From Octopus vulgaris (Eukaryota): a stretch of DNA of 64,000 bases. The notes below the pieces were generated by a model. The model was given only the letters and a program-made list of their open reading frames with translations, had not been told where the DNA came from and did not search any database. Numbering within the stretch: position 1 is the stretch's first letter; every line of letters begins with the position of its first letter. The position numbers and the translations under genes were made by a program. The stretch covers positions 15,562,001 to 15,626,000 of the forward strand of contig OX597830.1 in the NCBI GenBank assembly GCA_951406725.2. Direction: 5' to 3'. Positions 42,832-55,433 of this stretch are shown here, one piece after another.

Positions 42832-42899
<68 letters not shown>

Positions 42900-42901
<2 letters not shown>

Positions 42902-43138
42902 AGAGTAAGCGCAGAAATGTGAAACAAGGTAGGAAAAAATAGTACTCAAATGCCAGAGGCAGAGCAATATGCTTTATTATTAAAGCTGCAAAAGCATCAC
43001 AAAATACTATTACTCAGAGTTTCATGTTCCCATTCATCGGACAATTGTGATTAAGAATCACAACTGTTTGATGAACGGGAACGGGAAACTCTGAGTACCA
43101 GTTTTTTGTGATGTTGCAGCTTTAGTAATAAAGTATAT
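42900..43138. mobile_element. Inverted pair of Penelope-like terminal fragments, each with a hammerhead-like motif
   Basis: ~85 bp inverted arms centred near 43054; (c/t)(c/t)GATGA-a(t/c)gggaac(at/gg)-GAAActctgagTA in each arm; flanked by (TA)n. Confidence 0.7.
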
Positions 43139-43246
43139 AACATACATATATATATATATCATCATCATCATCATCATCATCGTTAAACGATGATGATGAT
43201 GATGATGATATATATATATATATACACTTTAATAATAAAGCGTGTG

Positions 43247-43299
<53 letters not shown>

Positions 43300-43510
43300 A
43301 CTCCATTTTTGTATCTGGTTTACAAGATTCTTTATATATAATCTGCTTAACCCTTACTAGCATGCAAAAACAGGCATTAAAATAATGAACAAATGAATGT
43401 GTGTGTGTGTGTGTGTGTGTGTAGATTATTACTCCCAACTCTAGTTGCCATACATTGAGGCTTAAGTTCTCTACTGAAGTGGAGACAGTCCAAAAGACCC
43501 ACTCGCATAC

Positions 43511-43555
43511 CTGATGAGCTGTTGGAAGATGCTGAGAACTTTGTAGAATGAAGTT
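43511..43555 (-). other. Candidate 45-nt antisense exon
   Basis: tttgctctatttctccag|AACTTC...CATCAG|gtatgc; open in all three frames. Confidence 0.4.
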
Positions 43556-44072
43556 CTGGAGAAATAGAGCAAACAAGTAAATCACATATTTGAATGAATC
43601 GTGTATTTTAGGTACCCTCAAATCAGAACTAAATACACAGGATATAGAATGTGGGGTCAGTATCCAAACAATAGGCTACTGGTAGTTGTTAATTGCACGC
43701 GTGGACCATCTAATCTCTTGTTCTAGTTATTAGAATGTAACCATGCTACAGCACCCACTTTCAATGTTGTATAGTCACTATAATCCAAGTCAGATATTTC
43801 TGGATTTTGTATTCAACTTAGGATATGAATTAGCAAGTGATTCTGATACAGGACACGGACACACACACACACACACATACACACACACACACACATTTGT
43901 ATGTTTGTAGTATAAGATACGGATTCAGAGAATTGTGTGACTCTCACAGAAAGCTCCTCCAATGAATTTGGCTATCAAACCACATAATAATCCAATACAG
44001 AGAAGCCAGGAGGTGGTTAAATGAATATATTCATCTCTCATACCTCATGAACTTTTATGGTTTATATATTCT

Positions 44073-44473
44073 TTTATTTGTTTCGGTCATTTGAATGCGG
44101 CCATGCTGGAGCACCACCTTAAGGGTTTTAGTCAAAGAAATCATCTCCAGGACTTATTCTTTGTGAGCCTAGTACTTATTCTATCGGTCACTTTTGTCGA
44201 ACTGCTAAGTTACAAGGACATAGACACACCAACATCATTATCAAGCAATGGTGGCGGGAGAGGGGGGACAAACACAGACGCAAATGCACAAATATACACC
44301 TACATATATACGATGGTCTTTTTTCAGTTTCCATCTACCAAATCCACTCACAAGGCTTTGGTCAGCCTGAGTCTGTAGTAGGAGATACTTGCCCAAGGTG
44401 CCATGCGGTAGGACTGAACCCTGAACCATGTGGTTCGGAAGCAAGCTTCCTACTACACAGCCTCACCTGCACC
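44073..44473 (-). mobile_element. Full-length tRNA-derived SINE (cttcccaaccacatggttc family)
   Basis: Reverse complement of 41512-41965. Confidence 0.85.
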
Positions 44474-45761
44474 ATATATATATATGTGTGTGTGTGTGTG
44501 TATATATGTATGTATGTATGTATGTATATATATATATTCTATTTATCTTTTACTAATTTTAATAAGTGGCATTGATTCATGTCTAGTCACACTTGGTGTT
44601 TAGTCATTCATATTGATCCCAGTATTTACATTAGTCTGGGAGTTATTTTTCATTGATCTCCAAAGAATGGTTATTTTGTAAAGTCATGTGATGCAGTACC
44701 ATTGCAGAGAAACACTGCCAAATGCATACTTACAAAAAAAAATGGGCCTTCACTCAGTTTCTCCCTACCAAAATCTTTTTTCAATTGAATTCTTCAACCC
44801 AAGGCTGTAATAGGACACGTTTGCCCCAGGTGGTGCACAAAGAACAGGATGAAACCTTGAACCACGTTTCTCCACTTATACTAAATTTGATTTTTTCTAA
44901 TTTAGTCCTTGTGTGTTTTAAAAAAAAAATTACTTAGTACTTGGTTCTTGGTCAGACGAGATCAATAAAGCAGTTGCACCCGTCTCCAATTTTCTTTTAA
45001 GAATATTCTATACAGCTTTGCTGTCATCAATCACTTGCTAACGATCAACATTGAGGGAGCTGAGCATTTTGTGTTATAAGCCACTGTTGATATTTTATGG
45101 CAACACTTAACTCTATTATTGTCAGTCTATTAGCAAATGTGTTCATCCCTGAAACATTGTTCTGAGGGAATTATAATTTACACATCTGAGTCATCTCTGT
45201 TAATCAGCTTACAATTTTAAAAGTACTTAGATCTTACTTGATTTACAACCATTTCTAGTTTTTATTGCATATTAATTTTGATAGGCATGATATCTTGTGA
45301 GTGTGTGCATATATGATCTTGACAGTGAATATGCACACAGACACACTCACACACACACATACATGCATATATATATATATATATACACGCATATATCAAA
45401 ACTCCTTCATATAGCTGAATGTATGGATGGATGCTGGCTCTGCACATTTATCTGCATTATTATTACTCATCTCTTTAGTCTTACATTTATATTCAAAGCA
45501 GAAAATTACTTGTCTCATACACACATTGTTGGTGATTTTCTGTGAGATGGCTATGCATATAAAAGTTGGCGTGTGTGTGTATGTGCACAGTATATAAATA
45601 TTTATACACAGAAATACACCCACACACATGCGTGCACACACACACACACACTCACAAAAGCACAAACACATTATGCATATAACTGTGTAATATATAAATG
45701 TGTATGTATCATCATCGTTTGTTTTACCTTCTGCCTTTCCATGCTTTCCTGGTTCAGATGG

Positions 45762-46112
45762 TAACGTCATTCCGTCTGCCGTTATGTTACGTTCTGAGTT
45801 CAAATTCCGCCGAGGTCGACTTTGCCTTTCATCCTTTCGGGGTCAATTAAATAAGTACCAGTTACACACTGGAGTCAATATAATCGACTTAATCCGCTTG
45901 TTTGTCCTCTCTGTGTTTAGCCCCTTGTGGGTAGTAAAGAAATTGGTATTTCGTCTGCCGCTACGTTCTGAGTTCAAATTCTGCCGAGGTGGACTTTGCC
46001 TTTCATCCTTTCGGGGTCAATTAAATAAGTACCAGTTACGCACTTAATCTGTTTGTCTGTCCTTGTTTGTCCTCTCTGTGTTTAGCCCCTTGTGGGTACT
46101 AAAGAAATAGGT
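45762..46112 (+). mobile_element. Tandem dimer of 5'-truncated ggcggcgagctggcagaa SINE (tail A)
   Basis: gagttcaaattc...gcctttcatcctttcggggtc...gccccttgtgggta occurs twice. Confidence 0.9.
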
Positions 46113-46379
46113 AACGTTGTTGAGGCAGATATTTTTTCTACAACCACATGCTTTTCCTCTCCAGAATCCTCACCTGTTTCCAAGTCCGAATGTGATAATA
46201 TTTCTTCCACTCTGTTAAGCATCAAACAGCACAGACATGCATTCATGGACAATTGTACACAAATGACACTGTATCAACAGTGACCCTTTGTATGCAACCA
46301 GCATGCACATGTCAAGACAAGGGAAATGCACACTCACTCAGGTACACACATATATATATAAGCATGAAAAAAACTGGCA

Positions 46380-46645
46380 TTCTGTTCAGTTCCAACAATG
46401 AGTGTTCCAGTTTGATCAAATCAACAGAACAGCCTACTCATGGAATTAAGGTGCAAGTGGCTGAACGTTCCATAGACACGAGGCTAGCCCTTCGAATTAT
46501 GGGTTCAACTCATTTTTGCCAGCTGAGTGGACTGGAACAAAGGAAATAAAGTGTCTTGCTCAAGGACAAAACACCTCGCCGGATATCAAACTCACGGCCT
46601 TGCAATCATGAGCTAAGTACCCAAACCACTACACCACACACCTTC
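46380..46645 (-). mobile_element. Older relative of the SINE at 57234-57625
   Basis: Shares 3' block tcaac(a/g)gaacagcct...gtggctga; 5' tRNA-like head. Confidence 0.65.
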
Positions 46646-46900
46646 ACTATATAGACATACATACACATTCACTCATATACACAGCTGACTTCACCAGTTT
46701 CCATGAACCAAATTTCATTCACAAAGCATTGATGAATCCACAGCTAAGATAAAAAGACACCAGCCAATTATATGTCTGTGCTGTGGCAATGTACCTTTAA
46801 TCTTGTTATTCCAAAGGCAAAACATCTTAGCCAATGTCTTTATCTACACATCTCTCTCCTTCACTCTGCAATTATATGTATGTATGTATGTATGTATATG

Positions 46901-47203
46901 CCGGTGGCACGTAAAAAGCACCAACTGATCGTGGCCACTGCCAGCCTTGCCTGGCCCCCGTGCCAGTGGCACATAAAAAGCACCAGCCGATCATGGCCAC
47001 TGCCAGCCTCCCCTGGCACGTAAAAAGCACCCACTACACCTCACGGAGTGGTTGGCGTTAGGAAGGGCATCCAGCTGTATAAACACTGCCAGATCAGACT
47101 GGAGCCTGGTGCAGCCTCCTGGCTTTCCAGAACCCGGTCAAACCATCCAACCCGTGCTAGCACGGAAAACGGACATTAAACGATGATGATGATGATGATG
47201 ATG
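46901..47203 (+). mobile_element. (GAT)n-tailed retroposon with internal ~60 bp tandem repeats
   Basis: ggcac(g/a)taaaaagcacc occurs 3 times, then ggaagggcatccagctgta...ttaaacgatgatgat. Confidence 0.85.
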
Positions 47204-47216
47204 TATGAACACATAG

Positions 47217-47368
47217 CGTCACTTAGCGGTTCGGCAAAAGAGACCGATAGAATAAGTACAAGGCTTACAAAGAATAAGTCCTGGGGTCGATTTGCTTGAC
47301 TAGAGGCGGTGCTCCAGCATGACCACAGTCAAATGACTGAAACAAGTAAAAGAGAAAAGAGAAAGAGA
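47217..47368 (+). mobile_element. 3' half of the cttcccaaccacatggttc SINE
   Basis: cttagcggttcggcaaaagagaccgatagaataagtac...gactgaaacaagtaaaagag. Confidence 0.85.
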
Positions 47369-48204
47369 TACATGCATACGTATACACAGTTTGATGGAGG
47401 CTTGTAGACCGAAACTTTAATAAGTACTGATTTATCATTCAGTGTTATGTAAAATCGTTTTTTTTGTTTTTTTTATTTATAATTCAATATAAAAACAAAC
47501 TACACACACAAACACACAGCATAACAATCATTTATATCCATCTTTTCATGCTGACATTAATTAAAAAGCTCTCACCAACTGAAGCTAAAATTTGGCATTT
47601 GACATGAACCATGATGGAGATAACTGCAAACTTTTTATTTTCATGCTTTGGGTTTTTTTTTCTCGATGGTTGAATACCATTCTTATCAACAGCAGCTTGA
47701 CAGCACAGATTAGATGCATTTTATTGTGTCACTGGTACAGAGTGCAGTTGTCTACAGTAGGACTAAACTGTTACTTCTGCCCTATATCCGTTGAGATATA
47801 AGAAAATGAAATGACAAAAGAATAAGCAATTATCTTTATGGACTTCGTTAAGGTTACATCTGTTTCGTCTACAAGATGCAGTGCTCTCCTAGTTGAAGGC
47901 CTGAGTAGTGCCTCACAGCTTCATTGGGACCACCAATATATATGAAGTGCAACATGCATGTATGTATGTGAATGTGTGTATGTATACACTTACACGTGGG
48001 AGTAGGGTATGTATATATGTGTAGAACTCACTTGAATATTGCAGGGGTGGGGAAACTCAAGTCACAAGACCAAGTTCTTAGTTTCAATTAAAAAAAGAAA
48101 CATTCTCTACAACATGTATTCATCTAACATAAACCAATGTACATGCGTATATGTGTGTATGTATATATTATATGTGTGTGTGTGTACAGCACACACATAC
48201 ATTA

Positions 48205-48433
48205 GGCGGCGAGCTGGCAGAAATGTTAGCGCGCCGGGCGAAATGCGTAGCCGTATTTCGTCTGCCGTTATGTTCTGAGTTCAAATTCCGCCAAGGTTGA
48301 CTTTGCCTTTCATCCTTTCGGGGTCGATAATAAAGTACCAGTTTCGCACTGGGGTCGATGTAATTGACTTAATTCCTTTGTCTGTCCTTGTTTGTTCTCT
48401 CTGTGTCTAGCCCCTTGTGGGCAGTAAAGAAAT
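48205..48433 (+). mobile_element. Full-length ggcggcgagctggcagaa SINE (tail A)
   Basis: tRNA-like head (ggcgg...gagttcaaattccgcc), central gcctttcatcctttcggggtcgataa block resembling Deu/Nin-type SINE domains. Confidence 0.9.
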
Positions 48434-48642
48434 ATATATGGCTTCCTATCTCTGCATAAAACACCAAGGTTCACCAATGAAGGAGTTTCTGTACAATCTT
48501 TTTAGTTGCCAGTGAAAGCCGCAGGTTCCGTCAGTTGGATCTTTGCCGTTTTAAATAAAGGAAACACACTGACCAACGTTAATGCTTTGATTAGATATTA
48601 GATGGGGTTGGTTACAGCTACAGTACTACCTTTAATCATTAA

Positions 48643-48862
48643 CCCTTTAGAATTCAGATTACTCTGTCAAATATAAAGCCTCTTTAATCACATTGTTTTA
48701 AATTAATTGTACAGCATCTTGTAACTCCGGGATTTTGATGATGTCCCTGTTTATTTTTAGAATGACTTTGTAGGGTAGGTGTGAGAGGTCAGAGCTGGCT
48801 GGTTTGAGCATAAAACAGTAAGACAATTTTGGCCTGATATGGCCAGTTTAAACACCAAAGGG
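48643..48862 (+). mobile_element. piggyBac-type MITE, family 2 (220 bp)
   Basis: TTAA|cccttt ... aaaggg|TTAA. Confidence 0.85.
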
Positions 48863-49329
48863 TTAAGTCCACTCAATCTGAGCTGACCTTGCACCAAGTG
48901 AGGACATACACAACTGTAGTCTTGTAGAGTACACCATGCATGTTTTTATCCCGTAGATAGATACTAAGATCTCTGGTTGTATTTGGAAATTTGTATGCAG
49001 TGATTAGCAAACTTTGGTAGTAGTTGCATGAACTAAAGTATAAAAAACTGTATTATATGAATTTACATTCGTATAGAAGAATGTAAATTGGTGTACATGT
49101 ATACACTCATTCACACAGATACGCTCCTGTGTTGTGTTTAATGATAAAAGTGTTTGTATCTGTGTATTCAAACTCATGCATACACACACAGCCATCCTCA
49201 CATGCAGTCATGTCATTACATATATGTGTGTGTGTGTGTTTGTGTGTTTGTGCATAATGGTTATTCAAAATACCTTTTTGCATGGTTAGCATGTGTAATC
49301 ATTTATGTCGAGTATATGTGTGTATCTAA

Positions 49330-49331
<2 letters not shown>

Positions 49332-49364
<33 letters not shown>

Positions 49365-49530
49365 TAGATAGATATATATAGATAGATAGATATAGATATA
49401 TATATATATATATAGATAGATAGATATATATAGATATAGATAGATAGATAGATAGATATATATATATAGATAGATAGATATAGATATATATAGATATAGA
49501 TATAGATATATATATAGATATAGATATATC
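49332..49530. repeat. (TA)n/(GATA)n compound microsatellite
   Basis: Direct reading. Confidence 0.95.
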
Positions 49531-49962
49531 TTTATATCACATATTACATGATTTTAAAAAATTTTTATTTTATGTATGCCAACATTCCAGTATCTTACCA
49601 CTTACTCCTTATAAAACAATGATATTGTTGCATATTTAATGGACAGAAAATAGATTTTACAAAGCAAAGTACCATCCAAATCTCTTTTGCCTTTCAAACC
49701 TGACCATCTTAAAATTAGAAGGATGCATTAGATGATAGAGTCAGAGGTGTCACAAACTAGCTGTTGTTTTGTGTCAAAAGCCACTTCTGACCAAATCCTC
49801 TGATCTGCTATTTTGTCTCTTTTGTTTTTGTTTTTTTGTGTAATGGTGTATCCATGACTACATAGTTCAATGTGTCCTCCCCACCATTAAAAAAAAATAA
49901 TTAAAAAAGGATGTGATTTGGAGAAGATGTAACTGACCTAACTGTTCTATGTAGTATATCAA

Positions 49963-50183
49963 CCCTTCCGTTACCAACCTGGCTGAAAGCACCCCTGGCT
50001 CTGTAGTACAAATGTCTTGTTTTCACAAGTTTTGAATTAAAATCTTCCACCAAACCTTAGTCCCAATTTATGTTCCCAACACTAGCTTAATGATAACTAA
50101 GTTAATTTTACTAAATTCTTTGTTATATTTAAAACAATTGAAAAAACACAGAGCATCTCAAAATAAATACAGTAACGAAAAGG
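49963..50183 (+). mobile_element. piggyBac-type MITE, family 1
   Basis: tcaa|cccttccgttac...gtaacgaaaagg|TTAA; high identity to 32471-32691. Confidence 0.85.
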
Positions 50184-51619
50184 TTAAACACCTACATAAA
50201 GGGTCCTTTACTAATTGTTCTCAAATGGAATGTTTAGGTCACAGTTTTGACCTGTGGCTAAACAACCGCCACAACAGTGCTGATTTGATTATATTTTGCC
50301 TCATGTATTGATTTCTTTTTGTTATTAAATTGAATATTGATTGGGCCATTTTTATTGCTTATACAGATGTTCTTGGAATCGGCACCTTGGCACCTTAACT
50401 TTACTTTTACGTCTACCAAATGCTGACCTTTGTGGTTTTGTCTTAATATTAAAGTTCTTTACTTTGCTATATACCGAGATTTCTATGAACTGATTTGTTC
50501 TTTTTCAAATAATTTTTCAAGTTTATGTTACAATTATCATTGTTTTTATATAAAAAGACAATATTATTACACACACACACACACACAATCGATATAAAAT
50601 ATTGATTATTTAGCAGTGCCTCTGTGTGTATGTATATATGTGTGTGTGTAAAATATATACACAATGTATTGATTTAAAATATATAAAATATAAAAATATA
50701 TCGATTATTAAGCGATGTGTGTGTGTGTGTGTAAGTGTATCATCTTTAGTAGTGTCCGAACTATGTCTGCGCATCTAACGAGATATATATATATATATAT
50801 ATACATATATAATTCATGCTCTGTTAGTCAAAAGTTGTATATCTCCTCATATTTTGTTTTGCATTTAGAAAATCTGGTTTCGCTCTTTTAACACCTATTT
50901 TTAGAGATATATATTTACTATCTTTGCTTTAATATACCAGCATTCCCAATAATCAGAATATATACAGACCAACACCATGAGATCTACATGCTAGAAACAG
51001 CAGCCAGATCTAGTCAGATCGCTCCCTGCCACAAAAAGTAAGAAATATAGTTCTAGATGTTTTGGGTGAAAAAAACATCATCTCCATAGGATGGAGCGTC
51101 TTTTGATGATGGGTGTGCTCAGTCGGGGCTCACAACGGTGACTGAGCAACAGCAACCGTGGCAAAAAGTACAGCCCTGTTAATAGATATAATTTCTAAGC
51201 GATAATGTTGACATGATAATATAGATTTGATAGAAACAGTTATCATCCTCCTGCAACAATTGCATCTTCTCATACTCTGTGATGTCGTTACTACTGCTGT
51301 GATTCTAATACTGCAACCCTCCCTCTTTGTTTCTCTCTATTGCTAGGCAACACTCTTTACTATATGAATCTACACCTATTGTTGCCTCCTGTTAAGCTGA
51401 CTTTGTGCATTTGTTTCATCATTGTCATCATCACAATCATTATCAGCAGCATTTTTTTTATCATTATTCTGTGTTTGGAATTCATTCCATTAAGGTCTTC
51501 TGTGCATTTATATGATTTTGGGCTAAAGTACCAGTTATATAATGAAGTTAGATTTTTATCCACTAATCTTACGCTGCTGCTCTCCACATAATTGTTGTAT
51601 TTTGCTTTTATGTTAGAAA

Positions 51620-51635
51620 TCATCATCATTTTTAA

Positions 51636-51674
<39 letters not shown>

Positions 51675-51730
51675 CATTATTATTATTATCATTATTATTA
51701 TTATTATTATCATTATTATTATTATCATCA

Positions 51731-51767
<37 letters not shown>

Positions 51768-51814
51768 TATCATTATTATTATTATTATCATTATTATTAT
51801 TATCATCATCATCA

Positions 51815-51845
<31 letters not shown>

Positions 51846-51923
51846 TATCATTATTATTATTATTATCATTATTATTATTATCATCATCATCATTATTATT
51901 ATTATTATCGTCGTCGTCGTCGG

Positions 51924-51959
<36 letters not shown>

Positions 51960-51970
51960 TATTATTATTG
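51620..51970. repeat. (ATT)n/(ATC)n microsatellite, 350 bp
   Basis: Direct reading. Confidence 0.95.
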
Positions 51971-51974
51971 TTAA

Positions 51975-52375
51975 GGTGGCAAGCTGGCAGAATCGTTAGC
52001 ATGCTGGACAAAATGCTCTGCGGTATTTCGTCTGCCGCTACGTTCTGAGTTCAAATTCCGCCGAGGTCGACTTTGCCTTCCATCCTTTCGGGGTCGATAA
52101 AATAAATACCAGTTACACAATGGGGTCGATATAATCGACTTAATCCGTTTGTCTGTCCTTGTTTGTCCTCTCTGTGTTTAGCCCCTTGTGGGTTGTAAAG
52201 AAATAGGTATTTCTTCTGACTCACTATGTTCTGAGTTCAAATTCCGCCAATGTTAACTTTGCCTTTCGTCCATTCGGGGTTGATAGATTAAGCACCAGTG
52301 AAGCACTGGGGGTTGATGTGATCAGCTAATACCCTCCCCAAAATTTGAGGCTTTGTGTCTCCAGTAGAAAGGATC
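51975..52375 (+). mobile_element. SINE dimer: full tail-A copy followed by truncated tail-B copy
   Basis: Same head and central block; tails ...gtaaagaaata and ...ccagtagaaaggatcattatt. Confidence 0.9.
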
Positions 52376-52417
52376 ATTATTATTATTATTAATATTAATA
52401 TTATTATTATTATTATT

Positions 52418-52888
52418 CAGTAGTCTTATTTTTATCTTGTGCTTTTACTGCACTACCAAGTGCAGCTCTGTGTGCCTTGGGTGTGTGCTGTGGCCTGCTG
52501 TGGTGCTCTTATTTTCACTGTATTTAAAGTGTTTTACATAAGATGTGTGCAGTGCCTAGTAGTACTATTTTCTGTATGTTATATATACTTGTAAGTCCTG
52601 GTATTTTTGTTACGTATTTGTCTGAATGTTTTTTTATCATACGTAATGCACTACTATGATAGGAATTGTTTCTGTTTTTAGGCCCCACATTCGAGTTACC
52701 TCTATTTCCAGATCTTTGTGTTTTGAAAGTTTCTCCATTTCTTTTAGAGAAACATTGTCATCTGTTGGTATTGGTGTATCGATTAGAAAGCATTTTATTC
52801 TTGGTAATCTCTGACAACTATATCTGGCTTTTTGGCCTTAATTTCTCTATCTGTGTGTATTGGCATATCCCAGAGTATGGTTGCCTTC
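52418..52888 (-). mobile_element. 5'-truncated R4/Dong-clade non-LTR retrotransposon (restriction-like endonuclease plus 3'UTR)
   Basis: ILWDMPIHTDREIKAKKPDIVV / KCFLIDTPIPTDDNVSLKEMEKLSKHKDLEIEVTRMWGLKTETIPII / IQKIVLLGTAHIL; 3' end aagactactg|(AAT)n. Confidence 0.9.
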
Positions 52889-53020
52889 TTCTTCTTCTTC
52901 TTCTTCTTCTTCTTCTTCTTCTTCTTCTTCTTCTTCTTCTTCTTCTTCTTCTTCTTCTTTTTTCTTCTTCTTCTTTTTTCTTCTTCTTCTTTTTTCTTCT
53001 TCTTCTTCTCCTTATTATTA

Positions 53021-53057
<37 letters not shown>

Positions 53058-53914
53058 GATAACATAACAACTACAGTGTTATTTATAAAGTTGCCAAAAA
53101 TGCATTATTAGTATAGCAGAGTGAATGATTTTCAGTATTCAGTTGTGTTCCTTTATGTTTCAAGTTCAAATCCAACTGAGGTTTATTTTGCATTTCAACT
53201 CCTCCAGGATCGATGAATGCAAGTCATATACAGGGATCAGTTCAATCAATGATGAAAACCCCTCCTCTCAAATTTCAGGCCTTGTGTTTATGTAAGAAAC
53301 AAGTATTATACATAAAAAAAAAAATTTTTTTTTAAATTGAGTTTCTACGACCACCCCCGACCATGGTACACCTCAACATTCCCGAGCTGTGTGCAACATT
53401 GTGTTTTGGAGGTGTCAAGCTGTGTCCGTATATTCTATTTGTTGTGTTGACTGTGTTCTGTGTGCGGTGTTTCATGTGTTGTGTGACTGGCATTTTACAA
53501 TGATTCGTAGAGCAGGTGATAATGTGAGGTGTGCTATATTACTGGATGGCATTTGTGCGGGATTCATTCATGTGGGTTTGTGACAAATGCAATGCGTTAT
53601 AATATGGGGTATCAATTACGTAAGGGTATGCATCGTATCATTTGGTCAGACGAAGTGCCTTGTGGTATTCAGTCACAGCTCTTTTACATTCTCGTTTCAA
53701 ATCCCTTCATCATGAACCTTGCCTGTTATTCTTTCAGGGTCAATGGAATAAAGGCTCTAACCAAGTATTGGGGTTGTTGGTATTAACTAGTTCTCCTCTC
53801 ACTCAAAATTACTGACCTTTTGCCAAAATTTCAGGGAATCATTTTACTGGAATCGATGAAATTCACTAACCCCTTCCTCCATTATATCAAACTTTGTGCC
53901 TACAGTAGAAAGGT

Positions 53915-54051
53915 TTCTTCTTCTTCTTCTTCTTCTTCTTCTTCTTCTTCTTCTTCTTCTTCTTCTTCTTCTTCTTCTTCTTCTTCTTCTTCTTCTTCTT
54001 CTTCTTCTTCTTCTTCTTCTTCTTCTTCTTCTTCTTCTTCTTCTTCTTCTT

Positions 54052-54082
<31 letters not shown>

Positions 54083-54143
54083 TTATTATTATTATTACTA
54101 CTATACTACTACTACTACCACTACTACTATTATTATTATTATT
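53915..54143. repeat. (TTC)n-(TTA)n-(CTA)n compound microsatellite
   Basis: Direct reading; a similar (TTC)n lies at 52886-53010. Confidence 0.95.
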
Positions 54144-54145
54144 AA

Positions 54146-54339
54146 GGTGGTGCGTGGCAGAATCGTTAGCACGCCAGGATTTCGTCTTTCTTTGCATCCT
54201 CAGTTCAAATTCCTCTGAGGTCGACTTTGCCTTTCATCCTTTCAGGTCGAGGAAATAAGTACCAGTTGCATACTAGGGTCAATACGATAGACTAGCCCCC
54301 TCCCTCCAAATTTCAGGCTTTGTGCCTTTAGCAGAAAAG

Positions 54340-54380
<41 letters not shown>

Positions 54381-54613
54381 CATTATTATTATTATTATTG
54401 AGGCAGTGAGCTGGCAGAATTGTTAGCTTGCTGGACGAAATGCTTAGCGGTATTTCACCCATCGCTACGTTCTGAGTTCAAATTCCGCCAAAGTTGACTT
54501 AGCCCTTCCTCCTTTTGGAGTCAATAAATCAAGTACCAGTAAAACACTGGGGTCAATGAAATTGACTAGTCCCCCACCCCAAATCTGAGGCCTTGTGCCT
54601 ATAGTAGAAAGGC

Positions 54614-54646
<33 letters not shown>

Positions 54647-55115
54647 ACGCTTCCTGTGCCTTGAAAATGGCAGAGTAATCCAAGAATTTACATGGAGTTT
54701 ACCCTAAATTACCCTAAGTGGACTGCTCTGCCGTTGGGGATTCTCTTTATTTATTTCATTTTGTAACTACTATTTATATATCCTTTGTTATATCCTTCAA
54801 TGTTGTAAACCCCACCTGTTTTGTGTTTTATATCTTGTCCTTCATGTCCTGGACCCTTTTGGCCAATATAAGAAATTATTATTATCATTATTATTATTAT
54901 TATGGTGGCAAGCTGGCAGAATCGTATGCACACCAGGCGAAATGCTAAACGGCATTTCATCTGTGCTATGTTCTGAGTTCAAATAGCACCAAGGTCGGCT
55001 TTGCCTTTCATCCTTTCAGGAGTTGACAAAATTAGTACCAGTTATGCACTGGGGTCGATGTAATCAACTTAATCCCTTCGCCCAAATTTGTGGCCTTGTG
55101 CTTCCAGTAGAAAGG

Positions 55116-55153
<38 letters not shown>

Positions 55154-55379
55154 CATCACTATTATTATTATTACAATTGTTAAGGCTGTGAGCTGGCAGA
55201 ATCATTGTCACACCGGACAAAATGCTTCGCAACATATCGTCCAATTTTATGGTCTGTGTTCAAATTCCACCAAGGTTGTCTTTCAGGATCAACAAAATAA
55301 GTACCACTCAGTGGGCGACATAACTGAGTAACCCCCTCCCCACAAATTCCAGGCCTTGTATCTATTATAGAAGGGATCA

Positions 55380-55433
<54 letters not shown>

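Noticed and set aside
43509-43545. CTGATGA as another hammerhead core
   Set aside because: No GAAA or proper stems follow; better explained by the minus-strand exon boundary.
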